Part shown: one piece after another, positions 27,059 through 39,000 of the stretch
How the letters are laid out: each line of letters begins with the position of its first letter
Numbering within the stretch: position 1 is the first letter of the stretch
Virus record (IMG/VR): IMGVR_UViG_3300028581_000028
Location: 1 to 64,000 of that record
Origin: a virus
DNA length: 64,000 nt
Direction: 5' to 3' (one strand)
Program-made: the position numbers and the translations under genes
Notes under the pieces: model-generated
What the model was told of the DNA's origin: nothing
What the model saw: the letters and a program-made list of their open reading frames with translations, nothing else
The model's database searches: none

Positions 27059-27478
27059 CTAATTGTTTTTAGATTTTATATTTTCGATCTGTTTTGTAAC
27101 AATTTTAAGACGAGTCTTTAATATTGTATTTTTGGCATCCTTTTTAAGCATACCAGAAATAATTTTAAGCCTTGTTTCAAGTACTTTCAGCGTTGGTGCT
27201 GGTTTATCTTCTGCAGATGCCTCTGCTGGTTTTGTGCCTTCTTTTGCACCAGATTTTAAATAAATAGAGTAAATGTGTTTATCTATATCAAGTGCCAAAG
27301 GGATTTGCTCCGCACCGTTATTTGTCTGTTTACGCAAAAAGTTTACAATCTGGGGGAGGCTGAAATCCATACCAGTCATTTCTTTTACAATTACCTGCTT
27401 TTCTGGGAAGATTAAACTAAAATCTACCCCTTTGTCAGCCAGTTCGAGTGTTTTATAATTATTAGATTGCATTTTCAA
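27059..27478 (-). CDS. Hypothetical protein with duplicated LxTRLKI motif
   Basis: LETRLKII and LKTRLKIV. Confidence 0.6.
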   Translation of the reverse strand: MKMQSNNYKTLELADKGVDFSLIFPEKQVIVKEMTGMDFSLPQIVNFLRKQTNNGAEQIPLALDIDKHIYSIYLKSGAKEGTKPAEASAEDKPAPTLKVLETRLKIISGMLKKDAKNTILKTRLKIVTKQIENIKSKNN

Positions 27479-29471
27479 GAGCTTTTAATTGTGAATAATA
27501 TAATTGTCCAATAATATCATTAAAATCGGGATGTTTTACAATTTCGGGTTCGCCTTGTTTTGTTCTTTCTACCGCAGTCAGTAAAAAGCCCAGCAATGCG
27601 TAAAAATATTTTATGTACTCTGACCTTTTCTCTTCCCATAACGCAAACTTACTAATTTTTGATTCATCATCAAAATTAATAAACATCGTTAAGTTATTCT
27701 CCGTGTAAATGATTTGTTTATCAACAACCAAGCATACATTATGATTATCGTTAAAAATAGATACCCCCAGCCAGTTAGCACCCTCTTCAGCGTAGGATAT
27801 TTGTGTGTTTAGTAAATTAAGCACCCCTAATTCTTTTAAACAGTCCGCTAATATTGACTTGTAAGCTATTTCTGGATCAAAATAATCTGGGTTTATATAC
27901 TGTACATAACGCAATAAACTCTTGGCTACTTCCCGATCTAAATCTTGCAATTCCTTTACGGTAATATCTGGGATTTCGCTTTGGGTTCTTCCACTATATT
28001 CGTTAAGATACAATAACGATCTTTTTAACGCTGGAGTTAAATGACTACGCATAAAAGCACCCGTGTCGGCTGGATATACGTTATAATTTCTAAACTCTTC
28101 TGCAATTTTAATAAATACTTTAAATGCAAGAGATTCAAATAATTCCCCAGTATCTGCTCTGGGTTCGACCAATATTAAATCCTTAGTATTTACCCATCCA
28201 GAGTTAATTTTTAAGTTTGGATCATTAATTTTTGTAATATTATCCAGCCAAACAAAATTGCCACCGATCCCGTTTTGTAGACCGTTGTATGGATTACCCC
28301 AAGATATGTACTTAGTGCCAATTATTCCAGAATACCCCTCTTGTTTATCATTAAGATACTCTACTTTATCGCCATAAGTTGCAATTTCGCCTCTTAGAAA
28401 TTGTTCTTGATCATCCCAGCCATTATAAGATAATACATAATATTTGTTTATATCCGAATCAATATCGTAAGCGTACCCAATAGCACCGTTGTTTTTATGA
28501 TTATGCTTTACAACAACATAATTCGGAGCTTTAAAATAAATATCATCCTCAAACCAAAAATCGCCTTTGGGCTTATCGTTTGGATCGGCATATATTACAG
28601 TAACATTTGCCCTTTGTTTTTCTGTTTTTTGATTTACAAAATTAACAAGTGCGTAATGTTTTTGATCCCTACTAAGAACGGAATCCCCAATGGTTACAAA
28701 CGCATCTGGTCTAATATAAACATCCTCGCCATCAATGTTTACAAGAAAATTAGCCTTTTGTTGACCAATTTTTTGTTTATCTAATATGCAAGTTTTACCA
28801 GCATATTGCCCGTGAATTATATAGCCAGTAATCTCGTTTTCTTTTTCATCTTCTCCTTCGCCTTGACCTTCTCCCTCGCCCTCTCCTTCACCTTGACCTT
28901 CTCCCTCGCCCTCACCTTCACCCTCACCTTCTCCCTCTCCTTCACCCTCACCTTCTCCTTCGCCATTGCCTTTTCTTTTACCCTTTCCTTTTCCTTTGCC
29001 AGAACCACCACCTTCACTTTCGCCATCATCTTCTCCAGAGTCTTGACCTTCGTCATCGCCCTCGCCTTGATCTTCGCCTTCTCCTTTGCCCTTTCCTTTT
29101 CCTTTACTTTTTCCTTTACCAGTACCTTTACTTTCGCCATTATCTTCGCCAGAGTCTTGACCTTCTTGATCGCCTTCTCCCTCGCCTTGACCTTGACCTT
29201 CTTGATCGCCTTCTCCCTCACCTTGACCTTGACCTTCTTGATCGCCTTCTCCCTCACCTTGACCTTGACCTTCTTGTTCTCCCTCGCCTTGACCTTGACC
29301 TTCTCCATCGCCATCTTGACCGCCTTGACCTTCTTCGCCACCCTCAGAACCACCACCACCACCCGTACCGCCTTCGGTCTTGGGGGCTTGACCTTGTTCT
29401 GTAGTTTTCTCTTCTGGATCGAGTCCGACTGTTACAATTTCGGGATCGTTATTTTCATCATTCTCTGCCAT
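27462..29471 (-). CDS. Protein with long Gly-Glu/Gly-Gln/Gly-Lys low-complexity N-terminus
   Basis: 669-aa ORF. Confidence 0.75.
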   Translation of the reverse strand: MAENDENNDPEIVTVGLDPEEKTTEQGQAPKTEGGTGGGGGSEGGEEGQGGQDGDGEGQGQGEGEQEGQGQGEGEGDQEGQGQGEGEGDQEGQGQGEGEGDQEGQDSGEDNGESKGTGKGKSKGKGKGKGEGEDQGEGDDEGQDSGEDDGESEGGGSGKGKGKGKRKGNGEGEGEGEGEGEGEGEGEGEGEGQGEGEGEGEGQGEGEDEKENEITGYIIHGQYAGKTCILDKQKIGQQKANFLVNIDGEDVYIRPDAFVTIGDSVLSRDQKHYALVNFVNQKTEKQRANVTVIYADPNDKPKGDFWFEDDIYFKAPNYVVVKHNHKNNGAIGYAYDIDSDINKYYVLSYNGWDDQEQFLRGEIATYGDKVEYLNDKQEGYSGIIGTKYISWGNPYNGLQNGIGGNFVWLDNITKINDPNLKINSGWVNTKDLILVEPRADTGELFESLAFKVFIKIAEEFRNYNVYPADTGAFMRSHLTPALKRSLLYLNEYSGRTQSEIPDITVKELQDLDREVAKSLLRYVQYINPDYFDPEIAYKSILADCLKELGVLNLLNTQISYAEEGANWLGVSIFNDNHNVCLVVDKQIIYTENNLTMFINFDDESKISKFALWEEKRSEYIKYFYALLGFLLTAVERTKQGEPEIVKHPDFNDIIGQLYYSQLKALENAI
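28850..29345 (-). repeat. Coding tandem repeats: (GE)n, 36-nt GQGQGEGEGDQE units, (GK)n
   Basis: ccttgaccttgaccttcttgatcgccttctccctc units visible. Confidence 0.85.
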
Positions 29472-29480
29472 ATCAATATT

Positions 29481-32400
29481 TTATTTTTTAGATTCCATTT
29501 TTTCACGAATCAACTTAAACGTATTATAATAAGGTTCAACCGAATTTATGGTAAAATTGGTATAATCGCCACCGCTTAATTCTCCGATTATGTTTTTACC
29601 TTCTTTTATTTTAACCGTATAATTATTAAACGAACTCATCGTATATTCTCTTTCTCCATTACGAGATGCCCTATCATCATCGGACATATAATCACGAATA
29701 TACTCATTCTTTGTGCTGGTCTTTAATTTGCGATATATTTGAGTAAACACCCATAATCTGCGTAACCTCTCGCCCAGCCTTTTATCATCGGTCATTGCCT
29801 CTCGATCTGTAGCAAATACAGTACTCCGTTTAGCTTGTTTGTAAACGGAATCCCGATTATCTATGCCAAATTGCTTTAACAAATCGGCTATACTTATTTT
29901 ACTGGCTTTTTTAATCAGCTTTTCGATATGTTCGGGGCTATCTTTTGTTGGCTTTGGCTTATCGCTGGGAGTTGCTTTTTTGCGAACAACCTCAGTTGGA
30001 GGAAGCCCGTTTTTAGCCCGTAATTTATTGACCGCCCTACGAACATCCTCGTAGTATTCTTTAGATACAAATTTATTACCCTCTCTGCCAGTAGCCAAAA
30101 CAACCTCTAATTCAGCAATTCTGGTTAATGCCTTTTCCTTATTTTTATCTGTAGAAGCACCGCTTGTTTCTGGTTTTGTTTCGGCTGGTTTATCCGTACC
30201 CTTTACTCCTTTTTTAAGAATTGGCACTTCGGTTTTTAAGGCTATTTTATGTGCCTCTTCATAGCTCATATTTTCGTAAACCATTAACTCGAACTCAGTA
30301 AGCTCGTGCTTAATAGTAGCCTCTCTGCCAACCGCATCCAAGTCTTGATCGATCCAAATTTCGTTTTTGGGAATAAATTCGTAATCGCTTGATACAAAAT
30401 GGTGACCGCCCATCGTAAAGTCTGGGTAGTGTTTTAAATTAACATAGTTTCTGTTTACAGAATAAATGTAAACCTTTTTATTTCTGATTGGAACTACTTT
30501 AATAAGTACGGTATTTAGTCCATCTTCGGGCTTTGGGGTTTTCGTTTTTAAAACCTCAACAAACCATTTATTTTTATCGGGAATATATTCAAACCCTACT
30601 TGTTCGGCTAATTCTTTTAAATTACTGTAAGTTTTTCCACCGTAAGTAAATCCGCCATCGGCTTGTGTAACAACCCCATAATATTCTTTTAAATAATTAC
30701 GCAATTGGTTGGCGGTATACCATTTGCCTTCCGCATTTTCTTCTGGTTCGCCATCCTTTTCGCTTTGGGCTGATGCCTCGCTGGGCTTTTGCTCTGGCTT
30801 TTTAGTTGGCTTTTCTGGAGTTGGAGGAACTGCATCTGTAAGGTCGTTCAGTTTTTTAACAAATATCAGCATATTTAAAAACTGGGTGTCCTCCTCCTTG
30901 TTTTCTTTAGGGAAGAATATTTTATCAAGTGCAGTATTTACGATCTCGATGTTTTTATCCATCAATTTACGGTCTACAGTTATATCATAGTTTAAATCTT
31001 CTGAGAATTTTTGTTTTACTAAATAGCATAAAAATAATTTACAAAAGACTTCTTCGACTCCGCCAAGTTCCTTAATTGTATTTGGATCGATTCCTACCGC
31101 AATGGCATCGTTTATGGCTGGTCTTCCAATAAGGTCTGCTATAATATGCCCAAGCTCGTGCAATAACGGTTCTGGTGTTGTAGATTCGAATAAGTGAATT
31201 GTGTACTTGCCATCTTCCGCCAACTCGATTGCACCATCTGGCTTATTGGTAGGGATGCCATCAAGCTCAAAATCATCAAAAATAACTGATACTTTATCGT
31301 CATCGATTGACTCGGATGTCATTGGCAATAAGTACCCAGCAAGTTCAACTTCCGACTTTGAGCTTTTTTGAACCTCCCTTGATTCTACCTCGCCAAGAAG
31401 TGCCTCGTATGTATTAAAAAATATATTTGATACTTGTTGCTCCGTATAGCCTTGTCCCAGCATCCTATTGGCAATAACTCCAGCGTCCCTCATATATCCA
31501 AAAACCGTATCCATTTGTTTTAACATAACATCACCGAAGTACTTGTTAAGGCTATCGAGTTTTGCATTATCCAGCTTTTTTAACACCACCATCATATTAG
31601 CGTTCAAGTGCAACTCCATTAAGCCATCAACGACCATTTTAGTATTTTCGTAATATGCTTTATCGTTATCGGGCTTGTACATTAACTCAACCGCCATTTG
31701 TCCGAACTTGGCAAAACAGTCTTCCAGTATTACATTGTATTTTTCAGCACTATAAAGCCCTCCGCTTTTAGCATTTCTGGTATATATGTCTATGATATTT
31801 TTTAAAACGTAGAAGTATTTTTTAATATTCTCGCCACCGATTGCTTGGATCATTTTTGCGAGAAATTGATTGCCACCAGTACCAAATCCCTCAATGCGTT
31901 GGATTGCGTGTTGTACCTCGTGAAGTAATACCGTTTTTAAATCATATAATTTGGGATTGCCAAATATCATTATATAATTTAACTCTGGGTTGTAATAAAA
32001 CGAGTACATCTTGCTATCTGTAGTCGCAAAAAATATTGGCAAATTAAATAATTTGGGATAATGCTTGTAAAGTGTTGGGTGTTGAAGAATATCGCTTAAA
32101 TATGTATCCCAGCCCAATTTTAAATACTCCTCCATTAGCTTTGTAGCCAATTTCCCAGCGTCTTTTGTGGGTACTAATTTTAGTATATTATAAATTTTCG
32201 TTGGGTTGTCATTAACATCAAATCGGCTTCCGTGTTTAAAATAAACATTTGGGGTGTCGTAACTTGGAATAGTCATATCTGCATCCAAAATCGGCTTCCG
32301 CCATTTATAATCAAAGCGATTAAAGTACCAGCCAGTCTTTGCATAAATATCGCTGATAGATAACTTATTTCTATACATATCCTTTGCCTCTTGTAGTTGG

Positions 32401-33068
32401 GAATCGGCTGATAATAACGCTGATTTTTCGCCAACGTAAAAGTATCTTAACTTATTAATGGAATCGGGGATAAGCCCTCCATCTGGATTCCTTACCGCCA
32501 TTAATATTTTACTTACACACTCGCCATAAAACGATTTTCCAGTTTTTGTTTTGTGAAAATGGTCAAGGTTATCGGCAATTGCAATAACTGGAGTCATTAC
32601 ATATTCGGGGATATAAAGAAAGCGGTTTAACGCATCTATGTAGTTATCCCGACTATAAATATTGAATATATTATTGAATGTAGTTTCTTGAAGTTTGCGG
32701 TTTATGTTTTGTAAGTCGGTTTTTTTAGCCTCCAAAAAAAATTCGATCAGTTTCTTTTTATGTGCCTCACTTGTTTTGCCATAATAGTAATCCAGTAACC
32801 GATAAAACAATGTGTTTTGAGTGTCAAATGTCGATTGAAAATAGCCTAATGAATAATAAACCCCGTCTTTGTTATAAGGGTTGTTTTTATAAATACTCAT
32901 CAATATTCTTGGTACGATTGCGATGTTTTTAATATCGGTAATTCTGCTTGTTGTATCATCGTACCAGTAAAAAAATGAAATATAATTGCCTTCTTCCAAA
33001 TTCTTAAATTCGGCTGGTAAAAACGCACCTATTTCTGTATTTAAAAGGTCTTGTATGGTGATTTTCAT
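29481..33068 (-). CDS. Large polyvalent-type protein: LPD23-like domain plus several zincin-like motifs
   Basis: GEKS...TGWY...KWR (LPD23-like); LLHEVQHAIQRIEGF...GEVESR; LLHELGH; IKHELTE. Confidence 0.7.
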   Translation of the reverse strand: MKITIQDLLNTEIGAFLPAEFKNLEEGNYISFFYWYDDTTSRITDIKNIAIVPRILMSIYKNNPYNKDGVYYSLGYFQSTFDTQNTLFYRLLDYYYGKTSEAHKKKLIEFFLEAKKTDLQNINRKLQETTFNNIFNIYSRDNYIDALNRFLYIPEYVMTPVIAIADNLDHFHKTKTGKSFYGECVSKILMAVRNPDGGLIPDSINKLRYFYVGEKSALLSADSQLQEAKDMYRNKLSISDIYAKTGWYFNRFDYKWRKPILDADMTIPSYDTPNVYFKHGSRFDVNDNPTKIYNILKLVPTKDAGKLATKLMEEYLKLGWDTYLSDILQHPTLYKHYPKLFNLPIFFATTDSKMYSFYYNPELNYIMIFGNPKLYDLKTVLLHEVQHAIQRIEGFGTGGNQFLAKMIQAIGGENIKKYFYVLKNIIDIYTRNAKSGGLYSAEKYNVILEDCFAKFGQMAVELMYKPDNDKAYYENTKMVVDGLMELHLNANMMVVLKKLDNAKLDSLNKYFGDVMLKQMDTVFGYMRDAGVIANRMLGQGYTEQQVSNIFFNTYEALLGEVESREVQKSSKSEVELAGYLLPMTSESIDDDKVSVIFDDFELDGIPTNKPDGAIELAEDGKYTIHLFESTTPEPLLHELGHIIADLIGRPAINDAIAVGIDPNTIKELGGVEEVFCKLFLCYLVKQKFSEDLNYDITVDRKLMDKNIEIVNTALDKIFFPKENKEEDTQFLNMLIFVKKLNDLTDAVPPTPEKPTKKPEQKPSEASAQSEKDGEPEENAEGKWYTANQLRNYLKEYYGVVTQADGGFTYGGKTYSNLKELAEQVGFEYIPDKNKWFVEVLKTKTPKPEDGLNTVLIKVVPIRNKKVYIYSVNRNYVNLKHYPDFTMGGHHFVSSDYEFIPKNEIWIDQDLDAVGREATIKHELTEFELMVYENMSYEEAHKIALKTEVPILKKGVKGTDKPAETKPETSGASTDKNKEKALTRIAELEVVLATGREGNKFVSKEYYEDVRRAVNKLRAKNGLPPTEVVRKKATPSDKPKPTKDSPEHIEKLIKKASKISIADLLKQFGIDNRDSVYKQAKRSTVFATDREAMTDDKRLGERLRRLWVFTQIYRKLKTSTKNEYIRDYMSDDDRASRNGEREYTMSSFNNYTVKIKEGKNIIGELSGGDYTNFTINSVEPYYNTFKLIREKMESKK

Positions 33069-33069
33069 A

Positions 33070-33393
33070 TTATACTATACTTGCCAATATTTGTAAATCG
33101 TTAAAAAACCCAACGTAGCACCCTTGCTTTGATTCAAAGTCTGGGGATAATTCACCAGTATTTACATCAAAAGCATAAAGTCCGTATCGTTTATCCGATA
33201 TTGAATAATTATGATAAGTCAATACTTGTGATACAACAAAAACATAATTTTTTATCTTATCGTTCACCCCTAATTCGTAATTACTTTCGACCTTATACGT
33301 TCCCTTCTCTGGAAGAGGTTTCAAGGATTCTTGTAAGTTTTTATCAAGGATATAATCGATAATTTTGTCCCTTATTTCTTTTTTAATTTCCAT
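33070..33393 (-). CDS. Hypothetical protein
   Basis: ORF in operon. Confidence 0.6.
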   Translation of the reverse strand: MEIKKEIRDKIIDYILDKNLQESLKPLPEKGTYKVESNYELGVNDKIKNYVFVVSQVLTYHNYSISDKRYGLYAFDVNTGELSPDFESKQGCYVGFFNDLQILASIV

Positions 33394-33399
33394 ATTTTT

Positions 33400-34656
33400 T
33401 TATCTGTATTTGGAACAATCAATATCTTGTCTTTTTGGTTCTTCGCTTGGATCGGGAGGTAAAAACTCGTAGCCCATTTTAGCCAAGATCTCTTTATTTT
33501 TAGTTTCGGCATTACAGATGATCCTTTTGAGTTCGTTTTTAGAGTCCTCAATAGATTTGATCTCCGCACCTCCTAAGAAATAATAAAGCGTATCTTTTTC
33601 TGTTTCAAGATTCCCTTTTTTCTGCTCTCGATATAATGTTTTTTCAAAAGTCTGTTTACTTGGCATACTTCCTAAACTGGTATCATACTCATCATCGAAT
33701 AAGTATTGTTGTGCCATATAGTAACTAAATTGCCTTATTCTGAAAAAACTCGGATCGGCTAAAACGTAAAGCAGACTCAAACTATCCATTGTTTCTGTAT
33801 AGTCTTTTACGTCCATAATATTAAAACGATGTCCGTATTGGCGACTGCCATCGAATTTTAAATTAGAGTTGCTTAATCCAATACAAGCAGTTAAGCGTAC
33901 CGAATACCCTACCGACTCCAAAAAGTTAGCACATATTACTGCAGTAACCCCAGCCCAATAGGTTTTTTCTCCCCAGTTTTGCCCGACTAAAATAAATAGC
34001 CTTACTGCCCGATTCGGTCTTGGAAGTTTTTCTTTAAACAAAAACGACTTTTTATTGCTACTGTTAAACTGTTTAACCCCATCCTCTTCCAGTATGGTTA
34101 AGACCGCCTCACTGCCATCAAGATTTAACTTAAATAACAACTGCCCTTCTTTATTTGTCTTTTGTTTTTTATCAGCATCAAATACCTCAACACCCTCACC
34201 CAGACCAAAATATCTATCGTGTTTTTTACTATACAATGCTGGAGTTTCATCCACTTGCATCATTGCACGTTCAAAACTAAACACTCCGATCTCTTTATCC
34301 GTTGGCTTAATAACTTCCTTTGGGATAATACCTTGCGATACCTTTTCCAGCATATTTAAGTAAGGAGATAATTCTAAATAAGCCATATTGTACAAAGGCA
34401 TATTCATAAAATATTTCCTTGCCATTGCTTCTTCGTAGTCTGTTGGCAAAGGCTCTCCGTATGCTATAATATTGGAAGCGGTAGCACCAGCCCTTAAACT
34501 GTTATTAACAGAATTAGGACGACTTTTGATATACGATCCATAACTGGAACGCTGGGTGTCGGCTTTTGCTTTTTCGCAAATCTTATCCCAGTAGTTACAG
34601 TAATCGTGTACTCCCTTAAATTTGATTATCGTTCCTTTTACACTATAGGATGCCAT
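33400..34656 (-). CDS. Probable vWA-like partner of the MoxR-type ATPase
   Basis: Adjacent to the AAA gene; LESVGYSV and ADPSFFR pattern; no clear MIDAS motif. Confidence 0.45.
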   Translation of the reverse strand: MASYSVKGTIIKFKGVHDYCNYWDKICEKAKADTQRSSYGSYIKSRPNSVNNSLRAGATASNIIAYGEPLPTDYEEAMARKYFMNMPLYNMAYLELSPYLNMLEKVSQGIIPKEVIKPTDKEIGVFSFERAMMQVDETPALYSKKHDRYFGLGEGVEVFDADKKQKTNKEGQLLFKLNLDGSEAVLTILEEDGVKQFNSSNKKSFLFKEKLPRPNRAVRLFILVGQNWGEKTYWAGVTAVICANFLESVGYSVRLTACIGLSNSNLKFDGSRQYGHRFNIMDVKDYTETMDSLSLLYVLADPSFFRIRQFSYYMAQQYLFDDEYDTSLGSMPSKQTFEKTLYREQKKGNLETEKDTLYYFLGGAEIKSIEDSKNELKRIICNAETKNKEILAKMGYEFLPPDPSEEPKRQDIDCSKYR

Positions 34657-34687
34657 TTTTTCGAGTATTTATTTTGTAAACCGTAGC

Positions 34688-35992
34688 TTACGATTGAGCT
34701 TCTGCTTTAGTTTCTTTTTTCACTTTAACACCCTTGTAGTCGATTCCTCTAAGCCTTACAATATCGGCATTAAATTGCGACACGGATGTTTTTTCAGCCT
34801 CGCCCAATATAGTAGCTAAATTAACCATATTATCGCCCTCAAGCGATTTAAACTGGGCTGTATTTTTAAGGTTTGTAGCTCGATCTTTTGCTAAATCATC
34901 AACAAAAGACATAATGCTATCTTTTAATGTTTTACCACCAACAAAGCCTTGTCTTGGATCGGGATCAGTTCCTACTGGAGCAAAAGCCAATGGGCTTCTT
35001 AGTTTACGAAGCATTTGCATTTCGTAAACACGGTTAAAGTTTAACATTGATCGGATAGTGATTGCCTCAACGCTATCTTCCGTTTTCTGTAAAAAGTCTC
35101 TCAACCCTTGACTGATGTTATAAACTGCCTTGTATGTAAGCGAGTATTCGAGTACTCTATCTTCCTTAATTTCGTAAAAGCTTCCAACAAAACGGTCAAC
35201 CAGCGAGTAGTCTTGTCTGTTATTTCCAGAGAAGTTACCGCTTGTTGTTTTCATATTGGTATTCCCAGCACCTATAACCATAAAGTCTGGATGTTTTGGG
35301 ATCGCCTCACCTCTTCCAGAGGTTAAAATAGCACCCTCATCTGCCGACATTGATAAGGCATCGTTTAAAAGACCAGCAGTATTTGGATCAAGTTTTGGCA
35401 ATTCATCGATAATAAATACTGCACCGTATTTCCACGCCAACTCCATCTGCCCCTCTGTATAACCTCGTATGCTAAAACCACCAACGATTTGCATCGGAGA
35501 TGTCCATTGGCTACAGTTCAAAATATAGTACGGAGGAATTGGCTGGTTTGGATTTGGCGATTTGGAATCGGTTTTTTTATTGGCTTGATATGATCTATTA
35601 CAATCCTTTGGATCGCCCAGTAAATATTTTGCGACATTTTTTGCCATTACTGTTTTACCAGTTCCAGCCTTGCCCCAGAGGTAAACATTATTTTTAAGTA
35701 GCAAGTCATCGCATATTTGCTTAAACACTCCTTGATTAGTGTTTATTTTACTATCGCAACTGCCTTGTTCCCCTTGTTTCATTGGGTTTTTTGGGATATT
35801 GGAACTTTGCGTTGTCCCAGTTGCAGAAGTCTCTCCTTTTGCCATAATTAAAGTTTTAAGATTTGTATCTAAATTTTCATATTTTACTTCTTTGTTGGCT
35901 AATTCTTTTTGAATAGCCTTGCTGATTAATTCTTGTTGAGTGATGTGTTCACTTTTCAACTCATCCAACAATTCTTTTACTGCGTCTGCCAT
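34688..35992 (-). CDS. MoxR/CbbQ/CobS-type AAA+ ATPase
   Basis: GKAGTGKT, FIIDE, HPDF.VIGAGNT, QDYSLVDRF. Confidence 0.85.
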   Translation of the reverse strand: MADAVKELLDELKSEHITQQELISKAIQKELANKEVKYENLDTNLKTLIMAKGETSATGTTQSSNIPKNPMKQGEQGSCDSKINTNQGVFKQICDDLLLKNNVYLWGKAGTGKTVMAKNVAKYLLGDPKDCNRSYQANKKTDSKSPNPNQPIPPYYILNCSQWTSPMQIVGGFSIRGYTEGQMELAWKYGAVFIIDELPKLDPNTAGLLNDALSMSADEGAILTSGRGEAIPKHPDFMVIGAGNTNMKTTSGNFSGNNRQDYSLVDRFVGSFYEIKEDRVLEYSLTYKAVYNISQGLRDFLQKTEDSVEAITIRSMLNFNRVYEMQMLRKLRSPLAFAPVGTDPDPRQGFVGGKTLKDSIMSFVDDLAKDRATNLKNTAQFKSLEGDNMVNLATILGEAEKTSVSQFNADIVRLRGIDYKGVKVKKETKAEAQS

Positions 35993-36002
35993 ATTACTGT
36001 TT

Positions 36003-39000
36003 TTATAATGATTTTAATTTAATTATAAAGTCTTGTGCGGTGTCCCAATTTAAAGGAATTTTCACTTTTTCCCGTTCCTCTTTGCTGGATGTTTTTACTT
36101 GCTTATCATCGCCATTATCATCGCCATCTTCATCGCTTGGTTTAGAGGCTTTATCAATGTTTTCGGCAATAACTTGACCAGCATAATAGGAGTCAACCAG
36201 TCCGATTGCATAACTTGGCGACACCCCAATGGTTTCTTGGGCTAAAGATTCGATGCCAATATAATCATCACCCAGCTCTTTAACCTTATTTATAAAATCA
36301 ATTTTAACCGCTTCGTCCCCAATAGTATTAAGGATGTTTACTACCGCTTTCCTTTCGGTAATATTTGCTGGTACTAAATTAAATAAGCTACATTGTATAA
36401 CAGATAAAGCGAACCTTAACGATATCATCCCATATTCGTTTTCTGGCACTTCTCTAAAGCTGTTATCGATATAATCTGGGGGAGTATTTTCTCCAAATGG
36501 TAATAATGGGTAGTAGTCGTAAATTCCCTCTTCTGATTTTTGTTCATCCTTAAACTCGTACATATCCCTACCCTTGTAGATAATATAGTCGTTATCGCCA
36601 TCTTTTGATTTAATTTCCATTAACACCTTAAACTCAGCATTAAAATAGTTTAGCAAAGACTTAAGTTGTTGTGTTGATGTGGAATCTATATTAAAGGTCA
36701 AAAATTTCATTTTAAAGAAATATTTTGGCGATCCAGCAGATAACATATCAACGGTGCGGTAAATTAACTTACCCTTTTTACCGATTATATTTTCAATTGC
36801 CTCAGATATTTCGGTTGTGAGATAATCAGACAAGTATAATTTATTGGGCTTTTTTAATTCTTTGTCTTTTCCTACTGTATAAATCCCAGTACAGAGGTTA
36901 AAACTTATTGCACCATTTTCATCTCTTAAAAAGCCTTCGTTTTTAGATGGCAACCATATCCATTTTAGTTTTTCAATCGCCATTAACTGCTCTATAAATC
37001 TTTCGCTGTTTATAGCCCCGAAAACTGGAGTAAATCCATCGGACACCTCAATATATTTACCCATCCATAACTTGATCCCAGTTTCAACCGTACCAGCAAT
37101 GGTCGAGTATTTAATTAGCCTCTTTTTACGTTTATAATTTGCGTTACCGCTAAACATATCTCCAGTAACCTCAAATGCTTTAAATAGCTCCCCAGTAAGT
37201 ACTCGCATCCTATCTCTTTCGTCTGACTTCTGGATTTCCCAAGCCTTTGCCATTGCATCTTCCTTCTGCGATATGCTTCCGCCCATTATCCAGTCGATAA
37301 TATTTTGGTACTGGGAAGTTAGAGTCATTTTTAAATGAGGTCGTATTTTAGACAAGGATGCGATTTCAATCTCAAGGTTCATTGGCGAAAACTTGTTATC
37401 ACTTTTACTTAGCGATTTAATACCAACAACAACTCCAACCCCGTACTGAATACTTTTTCGTTTAGTGTCCGACTCCCAAGCCCCATCCTCAAGAATATCA
37501 ATATCAAAAGGCACTTGTACTGGTCTGTTTGGGTAGAACCAGATCAGCGTATTTTTTATTTTCGCAAATTTCAATGTTGCTTTACTTACCGCATCGGCAA
37601 TTAATTGGCGATGATTGGCGATAATCTCTTGTTTTTCATCATCTGATTCTGCGTTGGATGTATCAGCCTCTCCAAAAGATTTGGCTATACTAATCAACCT
37701 TTCGTCAACGTATTTGCCAAAATCGTAAATTAAATTATTATGATTTGCCCTATGATCTTTCGATCCAGCGATCAAATCTTTTGCGTCACTAAGCTCCTCT
37801 TTACTGTATGGTTTGCCTTTAGGGGTTACCCATTTATCCTCAATAAATACAGACTTAGTAAATTGATTTTCGTTATTGCCTCTGAATAAAACTTTTTTGT
37901 TTCTGGTCGATGCGTTAATATCTTCCATCGATGTTTCCAAATCCCAATCATCCGCCTCAATAAAGCGTTTTTTAAGTTTTACATAATAAGCGTTCATCCT
38001 ATCGTAAAAACTCTCTTGATTGGCTATTTTCTTTGTTTCATCTTTTTCGTTAAGATCTCCGCAAGGCAATTTCTCCAGTTCACGCAAGTAATTTTCAAAC
38101 TTTTTATCTTTACTTCCGCCCTTTTCATACCAGTCGTTATTTTCATCCAGTATAGCTTTATAGCCCTCGTTACCAGCTTCCTCTAAAAACTCGATTAATG
38201 CTATGTAACCGTATTTATTTGCCATATCCTCAATCTCGTTGCCCTCAATATCGAGTATTTGAGATGCCTTCTCGGATTGTCTTACGTTCCCAGTAGTATT
38301 TGCGTCCAATGACCGCAGTTTTCTACGCAACATCATCAGCTTTCTAATCTCGCTTGGGATCGTTGATACAACGTACATATAGGATGGGTTGTTTACTTGA
38401 CCAGTTCTATTGATCCTACCCCATTTTTGCACTTCGGTAGCTACATCAAGCTCAACTTGATGAATTACCATTACTCTTGGTCTTTTATCGATATAATCAA
38501 GCTTCGAGTGAAGTGATATCCCAGTACTTCCAGCAGTATTTAAAATAATAACATCGGATTTTCCAGCGTTAAACCTTGCGGTTTTATCTGTAGCCGATTC
38601 CTTTTTAATCGAAACTATCTCAAAACGTCCATCTGGATCGGGTATTGTTTTATTACCATCAGCATCAACGAGCTTTAATGGGATTATCGCCATACTTCGT
38701 TTTGTCACCTCCTCAACGATAAACTTCTTTTCTTTGGTGTATTTATCGTCCCAGCTTTCACGGTAGGCATTTTCTATTTTTTGCACCATCGCATCAAGCG
38801 GTGATAACGGTAAACCAGATGTTGCCCTTTTCATTTGTGCTACCTTTTCGGCATACAAAACTCCGTTATCAGCGTAGTCTTCATCTTTAATGATTGCCCG
38901 TGCTATAACGATCTCTTTTCGTGCAGTGTTTACTGGCTTAAATGTAAGTTTACCGCCATTTAAACTCTCAATAATATTGATAAGTGTTTTTGCGTAGTCG

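Noticed and set aside
28806-29579. Long alternative ORFs (28806..29579 +, 28817..29362 -) with F/S/L/T or K/V repeats
   Set aside because: Shadow frames of the GE/GQ/GK repeat in 27462..29471
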